A stretch of DNA of 64,000 nucleotides from Bdellovibrionales bacterium (GCA_041736155.1 JBGSUL010000035.1:2100-66099), one strand, 5' to 3'; positions 37,736 through 48,277 are shown, counted from the stretch's first letter. Notes: generated by a model from the letters alone, not told the origin. A program made the numbers and translations.

Positions 37736-38271
37736 TGACCAAATCACTTCTAAGTTCCACTCTCCTTGTTTTAATTGTTGGCACTGCACTTGTTATTCAT
37801 GCACAAAACAAGACTACAAAAGCCACAGTGTCGGAACAAATAACTTCTCTTGAACTCCCCGAGGAAACCCGTCTTTGGGGGAAAGCGACTGGCCCCGTTC
37901 AATTGCGCATTGATTTTAAAGAACAACACGATGATCAAGTCACACTCGTGGCTGCGATCCGTTCTTCCGTTCCAAATTTGAAAATAAAATGGATGTTGCC
38001 TAAAGGTGTAGAGTTGGTTTCGGGCCAACGCCAAGAAACTCTTTCGCAAACGGAAGACATCAAGACCTATGAAAAAGAAATTACCGTCAAAGTAAAATGG
38101 CCATTAAAAAAGCCACATCTCGTTTTACGAGCGCTTGTTGATAATGGAAGTGGAAAGCCGCAAGGCGCTTCTACGGTGTTTAATTTAGACCCTTCACTCC
38201 GCGACATGGAAAAAGAAGACATTATCAAAGCCCACATGCAATCCCGCAAAATCCGCAAACTAGTAAAATAA
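37723..38271 (+). CDS. Exported or membrane-anchored protein (182 aa), unknown; translationally coupled to the protease gene
   Basis: The ATG at 37723 overlaps the protease 3' end by 13 nt. N-terminus MSKLMTKSLLSSTLLVLIVGTALVIHA/Q. Confidence 0.6.
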   Translation: MSKLMTKSLLSSTLLVLIVGTALVIHAQNKTTKATVSEQITSLELPEETRLWGKATGPVQLRIDFKEQHDDQVTLVAAIRSSVPNLKIKWMLPKGVELVSGQRQETLSQTEDIKTYEKEITVKVKWPLKKPHLVLRALVDNGSGKPQGASTVFNLDPSLRDMEKEDIIKAHMQSRKIRKLVK

Positions 38272-38292
38272 TCCTCTTAAGAACGCATCCAA

Positions 38293-38323
38293 TCGCAAAA
38301 AGGTACGCCGATACTTTTTGCGA
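38293..38323. terminator. Bidirectional terminator-like hairpin between convergent genes
   Basis: TCGCAAAAAG-gtacgccgata-CTTTTTGCGA is a perfect 10-bp stem. It lies between the stop at 38271 (+) and the stop at 38335 (-). Confidence 0.55.
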
Positions 38324-38334
38324 CTGGTTGCGTT

Positions 38335-38904
38335 TTAGCCAATCATTACGGTGAGCTCGGGGTCGAACTCGTTTTGTAGGATCGATTGAATCGCGTCGAG
38401 TGTTCCATAGGTGGAACTTGGGCAGGTGCCGCAGGCTCCTTGGTAGTTGATCGTCAGTACGTGGTTTTCGTAAGATAAAATTTCTAAATCGCCGCCGTCC
38501 GCCTGCAAACCTGGGCGAATGGTGCGCTCTAAAATCTCGTCGATTTTTTGTAACTCAGGAGAAAGATCTTTCTTTTTGGCTTTTTGCTCACGTTCGGTGG
38601 GAAGCAAAAAATCAGGATCATGAATCGGTAAACGTGTTTGCAGCACCGCCGTCACTTGCTCGATGAGTTTCTCCACGGGCGCATCTTCTTTAAAGGTCAC
38701 CGTCATCACATTTTCAAAAAGATGCACCTGTAATACCTCAGGAATGACAAAGAGGCTTTCGACGAGAGTAATCCCCGTTGCTTCTTCGGCAGAATTGAAA
38801 GTGGCTTTCCCGCTATTCTTCAACCCGCAGTTGACGATAAATTTAAAGGCGCTTGGATTCGGCGTCTGCATGGTTCTGACTAACACTTCATAGGATAACA
38901 TCAT
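38335..38904 (-). CDS. nfu: NifU/Nfu-type Fe-S cluster scaffold or carrier (N-terminal Nfu_N-like plus C-terminal NifU domain)
   Basis: C-terminal ..IRPGLQADGGDLEIL..GACGTCPSS (CxxC). The ATG at 38904 forms an ATGA overlap with the sufS stop. The track's upstream extension lies inside sufS. Confidence 0.85.
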   Translation of the reverse strand: MMLSYEVLVRTMQTPNPSAFKFIVNCGLKNSGKATFNSAEEATGITLVESLFVIPEVLQVHLFENVMTVTFKEDAPVEKLIEQVTAVLQTRLPIHDPDFLLPTEREQKAKKKDLSPELQKIDEILERTIRPGLQADGGDLEILSYENHVLTINYQGACGTCPSSTYGTLDAIQSILQNEFDPELTVMIG

Positions 38905-40127
38905 AACAACTCTCCTACTTTTTTCATCGCTGTCGTAAAACGTTCGATATCTTCGTTGTTGTTGTAAGGAGCTAGAGAAACTCGCACCGTACCGGCCACT
39001 CCCAGCTCTGCCATCAATGGTTGGGCGCACATATGTCCTGCACGCACGGCGATTCCCATCTGGTCGAGAATTTCCCCCACATCGGAAGAGTGGGCACCTT
39101 CGTAGGCAAAGGAGATAATATCCGTCTTTTTAGCTTGCGTATAAAGCGGACTGAGAATTTTTATTTTTTTTTGGGTTTGCAAATAAGCTTCGATTTTTTC
39201 ACCCAATGCGCGGCCGTGTTTTACCCACTCAGTTAAAGGTGATGACTGAATCAGGTCCACAGCCACACCTGTAGCAATCACATCGGCAATATTGGGGGTC
39301 CCCGCCTCAAACTTAAAAGGCGGATCTTGATAGACCGTTTTATCCCACGTCACCGAGGAGATCATGCTCCCCCCACTTTGATAAGGCAGCATTTGCTCTA
39401 ATAACTCATAACGTCCATACAATATGCCTACGCCAAACGGACCAAACATTTTATGCGCCGAAAAAGTCAAAAAATCACAATCCAACTTTTGCACATCGAT
39501 CGACTCATGCAACATGGCTTGGGCCGCGTCGACGATGGACACCACTTCCTTCTCACGAGCCATTTTTAAAACGGACTCCACATCGAGGCGCACCCCGGTC
39601 ACATTGGAGTACAACATCAAGGACACGAGGCGAATTTTTTGCGTAAAGATTTTTTGCAGAGCTTGTTGGTCAAGCTGTCCCTCTTGATCAAACGGCAATG
39701 TGACCAATCGACAGCCGGTGTTTTCTGCCAGGATTTTCCACGGTAGGATATTGGAGTGATGTTCAAACGGACTCAGTAAAATGACGTCACCCACACCGAT
39801 ATGTTCAAAGCCATACGCATGGGCAATCAAATTAATAGACTCGGTCACTCCGCGTGTGAAAATGACTTCTTCTTTGCGACTGGCACCAATCCATTTGGAT
39901 ATTTTTGTACGAACGTCTTCGTATTTTTCGGTGCCCTGGCGACTGAGGTAGTGCGCCCCGCGATGAATGTTTGCTACATCGTGAGTGTAGTAGTGATAGA
40001 GCGCATCAGCCACGGCTTTGGGTTTGAGCGACGTGGCTGCACTGTCGAGATAAACTAAGGGATGTCCTTCGATTTCTCTTTGCAGTTGTGGAAATAAAGC
40101 GCGGAAAGAAGTAACATCAAAACTCAT
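38901..40127 (-). CDS. sufS: Cysteine desulfurase SufS (group II)
   Basis: PLP-Lys FSAHKMFGP and catalytic Cys RAGHMCAQP. Located in the suf operon. Confidence 0.95.
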   Translation of the reverse strand: MSFDVTSFRALFPQLQREIEGHPLVYLDSAATSLKPKAVADALYHYYTHDVANIHRGAHYLSRQGTEKYEDVRTKISKWIGASRKEEVIFTRGVTESINLIAHAYGFEHIGVGDVILLSPFEHHSNILPWKILAENTGCRLVTLPFDQEGQLDQQALQKIFTQKIRLVSLMLYSNVTGVRLDVESVLKMAREKEVVSIVDAAQAMLHESIDVQKLDCDFLTFSAHKMFGPFGVGILYGRYELLEQMLPYQSGGSMISSVTWDKTVYQDPPFKFEAGTPNIADVIATGVAVDLIQSSPLTEWVKHGRALGEKIEAYLQTQKKIKILSPLYTQAKKTDIISFAYEGAHSSDVGEILDQMGIAVRAGHMCAQPLMAELGVAGTVRVSLAPYNNNEDIERFTTAMKKVGELL

Positions 40128-41305
40128 GATGGCTCCCCTGGGTTCGCCATCAATTTTTTGAGTTCCTGTTGAAAAAAACTACGCAACGACTCTGGCAATT
40201 CTTCGGTCAAGCGGGACAAAAAGGCTTGCACTAAAAATTGTCGCGCTTGAGCCTCGTCGATGCCTCGGCTTTGTAAATAAAATAACTCATCTTGGCTGAT
40301 TTGACCGACGGTCGCGCCATGCTTGGCTTTGACATCATCAGCCTCAATCAGAAGTTCTGGTTTCGTATCGATGTGGGCTTTTTTGGAAAGCAATAATGTG
40401 CGATGATTTTGTTCTGCGGCCGACTTCTGAGCATCGCGGTGAATATAAACTTTGCCGTTAAAAACGCCGTGGCCATCTTCGGTTAACACCGTGGTGTACT
40501 TTTGCAAGCTGGTGGTATTCCCCACTTGATGATCTATCCAGGTATGATGGTCGATAAACTCATTTTGCGCGGCTAAGGATGCCGACAAAAAACGAACTTC
40601 CGAGTGCTCTCCACTCATGCGCGCGTACAAATTATGGCGAGACCATGTAGCATGGGCCGTCGCCGTCATCACCATGAGTTGTGCACGTTCTTGCACATTG
40701 AAACGCACCGTCTGACAGCCCCGTCCCTCTTTTTGCCCATTTTCAATTTTAATCAAAGAGAGGGAACTGTTTTTTTGCAGATCATACTGGACTTCAAGAT
40801 TTAAAAAGTTCTGCGCTGACAAGATGGATTTTTCTACAATTTTGACCTGCGCGCCGGCCTCAATAACGACCGAGAGGGCGACATGGTGAAAACTCCAAAT
40901 GTTGGCTGTGGAAGTGGTTGGCCAATGCCATTCGACGACATAGTCGGCGGGAAAGTCTTTAGCAAACACGATTTCGGTGCGTGATGGTTGCAACTCTTTA
41001 GACAAATGTGAAAAGAAATTTTGATAGTCCCAAGAAACTTGTGGGTTTTGGCTCGTACGCACCTGCATGCCTGCGACTTTTCCATGCCAATTCCACTTTT
41101 GGGCATCGCCCGACCCTAAGGTGATCACTACTTTTTTTTCTGCATCGATGACTTGGATATGGTTGTCCTGCGCGCTCTCAAAAAGCTGATACTCGTTTTT
41201 TTGCAAAAATTTAAAATCAACGTAGCGCCAATCCTCCATTTTTCTGGAGGGCGGCTGCGCTAAATGCTCTCTAAGATGTTGAGCCCGTTGTGCCGTGTTT
41301 CTCAT
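40124..41305 (-). CDS. sufD: Fe-S cluster assembly protein SufD
   Basis: 393 aa. The C-terminal beta-helix region is similar to SufB (..AKHGATVGQISQDELFYLQSRGI..). Sits between sufC and sufS. Confidence 0.9.
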   Translation of the reverse strand: MRNTAQRAQHLREHLAQPPSRKMEDWRYVDFKFLQKNEYQLFESAQDNHIQVIDAEKKVVITLGSGDAQKWNWHGKVAGMQVRTSQNPQVSWDYQNFFSHLSKELQPSRTEIVFAKDFPADYVVEWHWPTTSTANIWSFHHVALSVVIEAGAQVKIVEKSILSAQNFLNLEVQYDLQKNSSLSLIKIENGQKEGRGCQTVRFNVQERAQLMVMTATAHATWSRHNLYARMSGEHSEVRFLSASLAAQNEFIDHHTWIDHQVGNTTSLQKYTTVLTEDGHGVFNGKVYIHRDAQKSAAEQNHRTLLLSKKAHIDTKPELLIEADDVKAKHGATVGQISQDELFYLQSRGIDEAQARQFLVQAFLSRLTEELPESLRSFFQQELKKLMANPGEPS

Positions 41306-42060
41306 GAAATCAAATCCTCGTAGCCTTGCTTCTCGAGTTGTAAGGCTAACTCTTTACCACCAGAGCGGATGATTTTTCCACCCGCTAAAATGTGTACGTA
41401 ATCAGGAACAATATAATCCAAAAGTCGTTGATAATGGGTCACCAGGACGAAAGCATTTTCTTTACTGCGCAATTGGTTCACGCCATCGGCTACGACTTTG
41501 AGAGCATCGATATCAAGTCCTGAATCGGTCTCATCTAAAAATGCCAAACGTGGCGAAAGCACCGCCATTTGAATGATTTCGTTTTTCTTTTTTTCTCCAC
41601 CAGAAAATCCTAAATTCACTGGGCGGTACATAAAAGACTCGTCCATTTTAACGATCTGAGTTTTTTTACGAAGGAATTCCGCAAACGCTTTTTCGTCCAT
41701 GGTCGGAAAGCCTTGATGTTTGGCGGCTGAGTTATAAGACGCTTTTAAAAAATCAAAATTGGTCAATCCGGGAATCTCTGTAGGATATTGAAAAGCGAGA
41801 AAAATGCCTTCGCGCGCACGCTCCTCGGGGCTGAGCTCAAGCAGATTCTTCATCTTAAAGTTAATTTCGTACTCAACGCTGCCTTCGGTCACTTCATAGG
41901 ACGGATGCCCGGCTATCACTTTAGACAGTGTGCTTTTTCCAGAGCCATTGGGTCCCATGATCGCATGCACTTCTCCCGGCTTGACCGAGAAATTGAGTCC
42001 CTTTAATACACTTTTTCCATCCACATTCACATGGAGATTCTTTACATTCAACATGATCAA
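41302..42060 (-). CDS. sufC: Fe-S cluster assembly ATPase SufC
   Basis: Walker [34 protein letters not shown]. Confidence 0.96.
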   Translation of the reverse strand: MIMLNVKNLHVNVDGKSVLKGLNFSVKPGEVHAIMGPNGSGKSTLSKVIAGHPSYEVTEGSVEYEINFKMKNLLELSPEERAREGIFLAFQYPTEIPGLTNFDFLKASYNSAAKHQGFPTMDEKAFAEFLRKKTQIVKMDESFMYRPVNLGFSGGEKKKNEIIQMAVLSPRLAFLDETDSGLDIDALKVVADGVNQLRSKENAFVLVTHYQRLLDYIVPDYVHILAGGKIIRSGGKELALQLEKQGYEDLIS

Positions 42061-43508
42061 CCCACACTGTTTTCTAGTTTCATTTCAATCAACTTGACCG
42101 CTTCCACGGAAAACTCCAGCGGTAACTGCTTAAATACATCTTTGCAAAAACCATTTACTAAAAGTGAAATCGCTTCTTCCGAACCAATCCCGCGCGATTT
42201 GAGATAAAAAATTTGTTCTTCGCTGATGCGCGAGGTGGAAGCCTCGTGCTCCAAAATCGCGCTGTCATTTTTCACTTCGAGATACGGATAGGTATTGGCC
42301 TTGGCACGTGGGCCGACGAGCATAGAGTCGCACTGCGAATAATTGCGAGCGCCTTCCGCCGACGGCATGATCTTCACCATACCTCGATAATTGTTCGTGG
42401 AAGAATTTGTAGCAATGCCCTTAGAGATGATGGTGCTCTTGGTGTTTTTACCAATATGGATCATCTTTGTGCCAGTGTCCGCCTGCATGCGATCATGGGT
42501 GAGCGCCACAGAGTAAAAGGCCCCTTGCGAATCATCGCCTTGTAAAATGCAACTTGGATACTTCCAAGTAATTGCTGACCCCGACTCCACTTGTGTCCAA
42601 GAAATTTTGGAACGAGCGCCGACACACTTTCCGCGTTTGGTGACAAAATTATAAATACCGCCGCGCCCTTCGGGATCGCCGGCATACCAGTTTTGCACTG
42701 TCGAGTATTTGATCTCCGCATCGGCTAACGCCACGAGCTCCACGACAGCGGCGTGCAGCTGATTGGAGTCGCGTTGAGGCGCCGTGCAGCCTTCTAAGTA
42801 ATTTACGTAACTGCCTTCTTCGGCAATGATCAAGGTGCGCTCAAATTGCCCGGTCTCTTCGGCATTGATGCGAAAATACGTTGAAAGATCTAACGGACAA
42901 CGCACGCCCTTAGGGATGTGCACAAACGATCCATCGGTAAAAACGGCGGCGTTGAGGGCGGCAAAAAAATTATCCTTGTATGGCACAACCGAGCCAAAAT
43001 ATTTTTTAATCAGCTCTTCGTGAGTTCTAATGGCCTCGGAAATGGAGCAGAAAACCACACCGTGTTTGGCCAGCTCTTCTTTGTGAGTTGTTCCCACAGA
43101 GACGCTATCAAAGACCGCGTCTACCGCCACACCACTAATGCGTTTTTGCTCAGAAAGTGGAATTCCTAAACGCTCGAAAGTTTTAAGCAGCTCTGGGTCG
43201 AGCTCGTCCAAGCTCTTCGGTTTTTCTTGGTGTTTTTTGGGGGCGGAAAAATAACTAATGTCTTGATAGTCAATTTTTTCGATCTTTAAATCCGCCCACT
43301 CCGGAGGAGTCAGCGTTTGCCAATAGCGAAAGGCTTTGAGTCGCTCATCAAGCATCCATTGTGGCTCATTTTTTTTCTGAGAAATAAACGCAATAACGTC
43401 CTCGTTAAGACCTTTGCCAATGGAATCCGTCTCGATGTCAGTGACAAAGCCGTATTTGTACTTGTCTTTATATTTCTCTATATCGAGAGCTGGTAAATCA
43501 TCACTCAT
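42057..43508 (-). CDS. sufB: Fe-S cluster assembly scaffold SufB
   Basis: 483 aa with typical SufB blocks (..[18 protein letters not shown].., ..[21 protein letters not shown]..). Confidence 0.96.
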   Translation of the reverse strand: MSDDLPALDIEKYKDKYKYGFVTDIETDSIGKGLNEDVIAFISQKKNEPQWMLDERLKAFRYWQTLTPPEWADLKIEKIDYQDISYFSAPKKHQEKPKSLDELDPELLKTFERLGIPLSEQKRISGVAVDAVFDSVSVGTTHKEELAKHGVVFCSISEAIRTHEELIKKYFGSVVPYKDNFFAALNAAVFTDGSFVHIPKGVRCPLDLSTYFRINAEETGQFERTLIIAEEGSYVNYLEGCTAPQRDSNQLHAAVVELVALADAEIKYSTVQNWYAGDPEGRGGIYNFVTKRGKCVGARSKISWTQVESGSAITWKYPSCILQGDDSQGAFYSVALTHDRMQADTGTKMIHIGKNTKSTIISKGIATNSSTNNYRGMVKIMPSAEGARNYSQCDSMLVGPRAKANTYPYLEVKNDSAILEHEASTSRISEEQIFYLKSRGIGSEEAISLLVNGFCKDVFKQLPLEFSVEAVKLIEMKLENSVG

Positions 43509-44002
43509 TGCACTGCAACTCCTGCTTGGACAGTCTCCACTTCCTGCGTCGGGGACCCCGTAGAATCTCCTATCGATTTTTTTCTCTCATTGGTGGAGAG
43601 AAGATCTAAAATGTTGATCTCTTCATAAAAGCGAATCAATTTTTCGTTGAGCGAAAAAATAGGCGTCATGATATTACACGTTTCACGGATCTCGCAGGTG
43701 GACCCGGCGGAAGATTCCGAAATGCATTTTGTCACTTCGACGGGACCCACTACATTATCAATCAACTCGCGCAAACTGAGTTTGCTCAGATCGCGCTGAA
43801 TAAGATAGCCACCATAGGCGCCTTGTTCTGATTTTAAAAATTTGCCCTGCACCATCTGCTGCATGACACGAGCTGTAGCATCAAAAGGCGTGGAGTATTT
43901 CTGGCAAATTTCTTTGACGGTGGTGAGTTCACCCGGTCGTTTTTGGTTCATATGTTTTAAAGAAATAAGCGCATACTCTAATTTGCGATGAATCTTATTC
44001 AC
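43505..44002 (-). CDS. Rrf2-family transcriptional regulator (IscR/SufR-like) heading the suf operon
   Basis: N-terminal wHTH (..[20 protein letters not shown]..) and a three-Cys cluster [20 protein letters not shown] start preceded by GAGAGG. 4-nt overlap with sufB. Confidence 0.85.
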   Translation of the reverse strand: MNKIHRKLEYALISLKHMNQKRPGELTTVKEICQKYSTPFDATARVMQQMVQGKFLKSEQGAYGGYLIQRDLSKLSLRELIDNVVGPVEVTKCISESSAGSTCEIRETCNIMTPIFSLNEKLIRFYEEINILDLLSTNERKKSIGDSTGSPTQEVETVQAGVAVQ

Positions 44003-44003
44003 A

Positions 44004-44041
44004 AAAGACCTCTCATTCGTTATAAGTAACGTGAGGTCTTT
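44004..44041. promoter_or_regulatory. Inverted repeat immediately upstream of, and including the RBS of, the Rrf2 gene
   Basis: AAAGACCTC (44004-44012) pairs with GAGGTCTTT (44033-44041), a 9-bp perfect IR with a 20-nt spacer. The perfect 12-bp palindrome CCTTATATAAGG lies at about 44069-44080. Confidence 0.4.
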
Positions 44042-44148
44042 ATTTCATTATGCTTTCATTTGGTCAACCTTATATAAGGTAAAATAAGACGTACATTCGC
44101 CTTGGTTTTGAATCGGTCTTGTTAAAATATTTTACCTGTTAATTCAAC

Positions 44149-44829
44149 ATGTTATGGGATGTGTCTGTGAACAAAAAATCTCTCTTAATTTATTCTGTAG
44201 CGTTATGTGCGCCTATTTTAGTCTGGTTTGTGCTCTGGACCCTTGCACAAAACAGCTATCACTCCCACGACCCCAATCCGTGGATCCAAGGATTTGTAAA
44301 CAACCCCGGCCAGAAGATTTCCACCCACGGCGACGCCAACCAAACTGAGTGGTTTCATGTCGCCTCAGAGGCCGGAGAACTTTACGTCACATCCGTTACA
44401 CCAAAAATTTTGCTCAAGGATTACGCTCCCTCGGCAGAGCATGTGATTCTTCTCGTAGAAGCTCAGGGGCCCCAACTCGCCAGCCAGTTGTTTCATTTTT
44501 TAAAAGAGAAAAGTCTACTGAAGCGCTCATTAGTTCTAGCCGTGAGCGATGGATTCCTGAAAGATCTGCGCTATTACGATGGTGAAATCGCCCTCGGCGC
44601 CGGCCAAGCCTACATCGTGCGCTTTCGCGCCTTACAAACTTTTGGTTTGGAAAATTTCCTCTCTGTGCAAATGAGTGGCATTTGGCTGCGCCCAGAAATT
44701 TTTAAGGAGAGCACAAAGCAACTCACCGATACTTTCAACAAAATGAAAGTTCCCGTCTTCATAGGACCGGTGAAAGAAGCACAGCTCTCCGATCTCCCCT
44801 CCAACGCCAACTACCTCATCGAAAACTAA
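44149..44829 (+). CDS. Membrane-anchored protein (226 aa), unknown, upstream of the tol genes
   Basis: A single N-terminal TM (LLIYSVALCAPILVWFVLWTL). It occupies the position held by ybgC in enterobacterial tol clusters but shows no thioesterase motifs. Confidence 0.55.
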   Translation: MLWDVSVNKKSLLIYSVALCAPILVWFVLWTLAQNSYHSHDPNPWIQGFVNNPGQKISTHGDANQTEWFHVASEAGELYVTSVTPKILLKDYAPSAEHVILLVEAQGPQLASQLFHFLKEKSLLKRSLVLAVSDGFLKDLRYYDGEIALGAGQAYIVRFRALQTFGLENFLSVQMSGIWLRPEIFKESTKQLTDTFNKMKVPVFIGPVKEAQLSDLPSNANYLIEN

Positions 44830-44925
44830 TCCCCACATCTACAAAATCCAAAAATCCCAAAATGCTTATTTTTGTATCATGCGCTGTGCCTCGCCCGCAC
44901 CAACAGAAACGCTTACTCTCAACGT

Positions 44926-45663
44926 ATGGAAACTCTTATGATTTTTACATCTTTTGCCTCCGCAGAAACTGCCGTTAAAGTAAATTCGGAATCTCACAAT
45001 TTGCTTAATGGACTCGCCAACGCCGGCATCGTCGTTCAGTTGCTTCTTCTCTCCATGATCGCCCTTTCCGTTTGGAATTGGTTGATCATTTTGAAAAAGA
45101 AAAATCAATTTGCCGAGATCAGCAAAAAAAATGCGGCTTTTCTCGAAGTGTTTTGGAAATCTCCGAACCTTCAGCAAATTCATTCGCAGATCGACCCACA
45201 CAAAGAAAGTCCTCTGGCGAAAGTTTTTTCTTCTGGCTACGAAGAAATCGAGCGCTCTATTCAACAGCAAGGGACTTCTCTTTCTACCGGCATGGAAAAT
45301 CTCGAGAGAACTTTGCGTAAAGTTCACGATGATGAAATCGAGCAACTGGAAAGCCAACTCAGTGTCCTCGCCACAACCGGTAGTACCGCTCCCTTTATAG
45401 GTTTGTTGGGAACGGTCATTGGCATTATGAATTCTTTCCAAGACATTGCGCAATCAGGCTCAGCAAGTTTAGCTGTTGTTGCTCCAGGAATTTCAGAAGC
45501 GCTCTTTGCTACGGCTGTTGGACTTTTTGCTGCTATTCCGGCGGTGGTTTTTTACAACTACTTGATCAACAAAATTAAAAAGTTTGAAAATCAGCTGAAT
45601 GGCTTTAACTCTGATTTTTTGAATATCGCGCGACGCAATTTTTTTAAGACACCTTCAACTTAA
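44926..45663 (+). CDS. tolQ: TolQ/ExbB-family proton channel
   Basis: Three TM segments with conserved ..LATTGSTAPFIGLLGTVIGIM..F and ..PGISEALFATAVGLFAAIPAV. Start uncertain: ATG at 44926 versus the track's TTG at 44872. Confidence 0.88.
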   Translation: METLMIFTSFASAETAVKVNSESHNLLNGLANAGIVVQLLLLSMIALSVWNWLIILKKKNQFAEISKKNAAFLEVFWKSPNLQQIHSQIDPHKESPLAKVFSSGYEEIERSIQQQGTSLSTGMENLERTLRKVHDDEIEQLESQLSVLATTGSTAPFIGLLGTVIGIMNSFQDIAQSGSASLAVVAPGISEALFATAVGLFAAIPAVVFYNYLINKIKKFENQLNGFNSDFLNIARRNFFKTPST

Positions 45664-45670
45664 GGCGAGC

Positions 45671-46081
45671 ATGGGCTTTTCACCGCAAAAAAAACAATCG
45701 CGAATGGTTCTGAGCGAAATCAACGTCACTCCTCTCGTTGATGTGATGCTGGTTCTGCTGGTGGTGTTTATGATCACCGCGCCGATGATGCAGCAAGGGA
45801 TCGACATTCAGCTTCCGAAAACCGCTACCGCGGGGATTGAAACTCATGCAGAGCCACTCGTTTTAAGTATCAAAGCGAACAAACACATCTACTGGGGCAA
45901 TACACCCGTAGCGGCGGATGGTTTGCGCAATAAGTTGCGAGCTCATTTTAAAACTCAAAAAGAAAAACAAGTTTATATCAAAGCCGATAAAAGCGTTGAT
46001 TACGGCTTGGTGGCCGAAGTCATTGCCGAGGTAAAGGCTTCGGGCATTGAGAATGTGGGTTTAGTCACTTTACCGAAATAG
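45671..46081 (+). CDS. tolR: TolR/ExbD-family protein
   Basis: 136 aa with the EINVTPLVDVMLVLLVVFM motif. Confidence 0.9.
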   Translation: MGFSPQKKQSRMVLSEINVTPLVDVMLVLLVVFMITAPMMQQGIDIQLPKTATAGIETHAEPLVLSIKANKHIYWGNTPVAADGLRNKLRAHFKTQKEKQVYIKADKSVDYGLVAEVIAEVKASGIENVGLVTLPK

Positions 46082-46094
46082 CTGTGCAAAATGA

Positions 46095-46847
46095 ATGACT
46101 CCTATGAATGACACGTCTGACTTAAAATATTTTTTAATCTCCCTCTCCATGCATCTTGTGTTGGTTCTCTTTTTAGTCGTGAAGATTGTTATTTTCCCAG
46201 GAGACCGTCCCGAATTTTTACGAGCGGTCCGCGTTGATTTTGTGGCTCTGCCTGACAAAGATGTGCAACTCGCTCCTCCTGGTGAAGAAAAAGCGCAGCC
46301 CACACCTACCCCACCGCCAGAAAAACCGGCTCCTGTAAAAGTTGAACCTAGCAAAACGACAGCCACAAAACCAGACAAGAAACCCGAGACGCCTAGCAAA
46401 CCACCTGCAAAGACGGACAAACTGAAAGATCAGCAAAACTCCGCTCTGCAACGATTGGAAGCGCTCAATCGGTTGAAGAAAAAAAAGAACGACGCGGCCG
46501 CTGAGGGCGTTACGATCAAGGGAAATCGCCTCAACCAAGGTCACGCTTTAACAGGCGTGGAAAAAATTGAATACAACCGTTACCTCGCAGATCTGGATAT
46601 CCACATTAAACGTTTTTGGAATTTACCGGAGTGGTTGGCCGGAAAACCTCTCAAAACGGCGATCTGGATCCGTTTTGACGAAAATGGTCTGCTTTTAGAA
46701 AAGAAAATTTTGCGCTCCTCTGGCCAAGCGGATTACGACAAAGAAGCCGTGCAAGCCGTGGTCAACTCAGCGCCCTTCCCCGCTCCGCCAGAAAATTTGA
46801 TAAGTTATTTCAAAGACAATGGAATTGAGTTAAGATTTCCTGATTAG
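46095..46847 (+). CDS. tolA: TolA/TonB-like energy transducer
   Basis: N-terminal TM, a Pro/Lys-rich linker (PTPTPPPEKPAPVKVEPSK..) and a C-terminal TonB_C/TolA-III-like domain. Confidence 0.75.
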   Translation: MTPMNDTSDLKYFLISLSMHLVLVLFLVVKIVIFPGDRPEFLRAVRVDFVALPDKDVQLAPPGEEKAQPTPTPPPEKPAPVKVEPSKTTATKPDKKPETPSKPPAKTDKLKDQQNSALQRLEALNRLKKKKNDAAAEGVTIKGNRLNQGHALTGVEKIEYNRYLADLDIHIKRFWNLPEWLAGKPLKTAIWIRFDENGLLLEKKILRSSGQADYDKEAVQAVVNSAPFPAPPENLISYFKDNGIELRFPD

Positions 46848-46882
46848 GTAACAGCTCCCGAATCCAACGCTGCGAGGTCCGC

Positions 46883-48277
46883 ATGAGAAATTTCTTCGTG
46901 ATTATTTTTATCGTTTTTTTAAGTCCCGTCCTCATCCTGGCTCAGGACGTGGATGCGCCCTCACCCTCTACGCATATCAATGTGGGCCAAGCTACGGTGA
47001 AAAAAAGTCTCGCCGCTGTCGCGCCGGTCCGTTTTTTAGGTACACCCACACTGGCCAAACAATATTTAAAATATGAAAAAGAAATTCAAGACATTCTAGA
47101 AAAAGATCTCACTGTCTCTTCGTTTTTTACCCTGCAAAATCCTCAGTCATTTTTAGAATCCGCCGACAAAGGCCTCCGTCCCCACCCCATGGAACCCAAT
47201 GGTTTTTTGTTTGATGCATGGAAGTCTATTAACACAGAATTTTTGATCAAATCTGGTTTTAATATCGTCGGTAACCAACTGACCTTTGAAGCCTACGTCT
47301 ACAATGTCAATCGCGAAGAACCTGTGTTGGCAAAAACCTACTCGTCTCCTGTACGCGATCTTCGCTCGGCTGTTCATATGTTTTGCAATGACTTGATTGA
47401 AAAAATGACCGGCAAAAAATCTTTCTTTTTGACCAAGATCGTCGCTGGCCGCAGTGTCAGAAATAACAATAAAGAAATTTTTGTGATGGATTGGGATGGC
47501 GCCAATACCGAACAACTGACCTTTCACAACTCAGCCTCTGTCTCGCCATCATGGTCGCGAGATGGCCGATACATCGCCTATTCGACCTATAATTATCACT
47601 CTCGTGTAAAAACACGCAACGTTGAACTCTTCCTTCTCGATCTCAAAAATAAACAGCGGATTGTTCTCTCTGCGGAAAGAGGCATCAACTCCACGGCCAC
47701 TTTTTTTCCTGACCAACGAAATATTGTTTTTCGCATGAGTCCCAACGGTCAGTCTTCTGATTTGTACAAAATGTCTCTCGATGGAAGAAATAAAATAGCC
47801 ATCACCCACGGCCCCCGCGGCGCGATGAATGTGGAACCCGCGATCAGTCCTGATGGCACAAAGTTGGCATTTGCTTCCGATCGCAGCGGAAATATCATGG
47901 CGTACATTCTTGATTTTAGCACCAACGCCACTCGCCGCCTTACTTATGCCGGAACCTACACCGCCAGTCCCGCTTGGTCGCCCGATGGAAAACGTATCGC
48001 GTTTGCGAGTGACACCGGAAAGCATTTTGATATTTACATCGTCGATGTGGACGGAAAAAATCTTCAAAAGCTCACTTCCGCACAAAAACCCAATGGTCGT
48101 GGAGCGAATAACGAAGACCCCACCTTCTCCCCCGATGGACGCTTTATTCTTTTCCGCAGTGATCGCACTGGAAACTATCAACTCTATGTGATCAGCGTGG
48201 ACGGAAAAAATGAATACCGACTCACGTTTGACCAACACAACTATTATCGGCCCCAATGGTCACCCTTCCTCAACTAA
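46883..48277 (+). CDS. tolB: Tol-Pal system beta-propeller protein TolB
   Basis: Signal peptide, with repeated PxWSPDG blades (PSWSRDGRYIAY, PAISPDGTKLAF, PAWSPDGKRIAF, PTFSPDGRFILF). Confidence 0.93.
   Translation: MRNFFVIIFIVFLSPVLILAQDVDAPSPSTHINVGQATVKKSLAAVAPVRFLGTPTLAKQYLKYEKEIQDILEKDLTVSSFFTLQNPQSFLESADKGLRPHPMEPNGFLFDAWKSINTEFLIKSGFNIVGNQLTFEAYVYNVNREEPVLAKTYSSPVRDLRSAVHMFCNDLIEKMTGKKSFFLTKIVAGRSVRNNNKEIFVMDWDGANTEQLTFHNSASVSPSWSRDGRYIAYSTYNYHSRVKTRNVELFLLDLKNKQRIVLSAERGINSTATFFPDQRNIVFRMSPNGQSSDLYKMSLDGRNKIAITHGPRGAMNVEPAISPDGTKLAFASDRSGNIMAYILDFSTNATRRLTYAGTYTASPAWSPDGKRIAFASDTGKHFDIYIVDVDGKNLQKLTSAQKPNGRGANNEDPTFSPDGRFILFRSDRTGNYQLYVISVDGKNEYRLTFDQHNYYRPQWSPFLN

Noticed and set aside
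47549-48256. 235-aa minus-strand ORF inside tolB
   Set aside because: It is an antisense shadow ORF of a confidently identified gene, with no motifs and a composition typical of reverse-frame translation. The same applies to 18156-18626 (in pepA), 51772-52347 and 52272-52676 (in the CBS gene), 44866-45453 (in tolQ), 27962-28363 (in tig), 46070-46420 and 46218-46544 (in the tolA-like gene).
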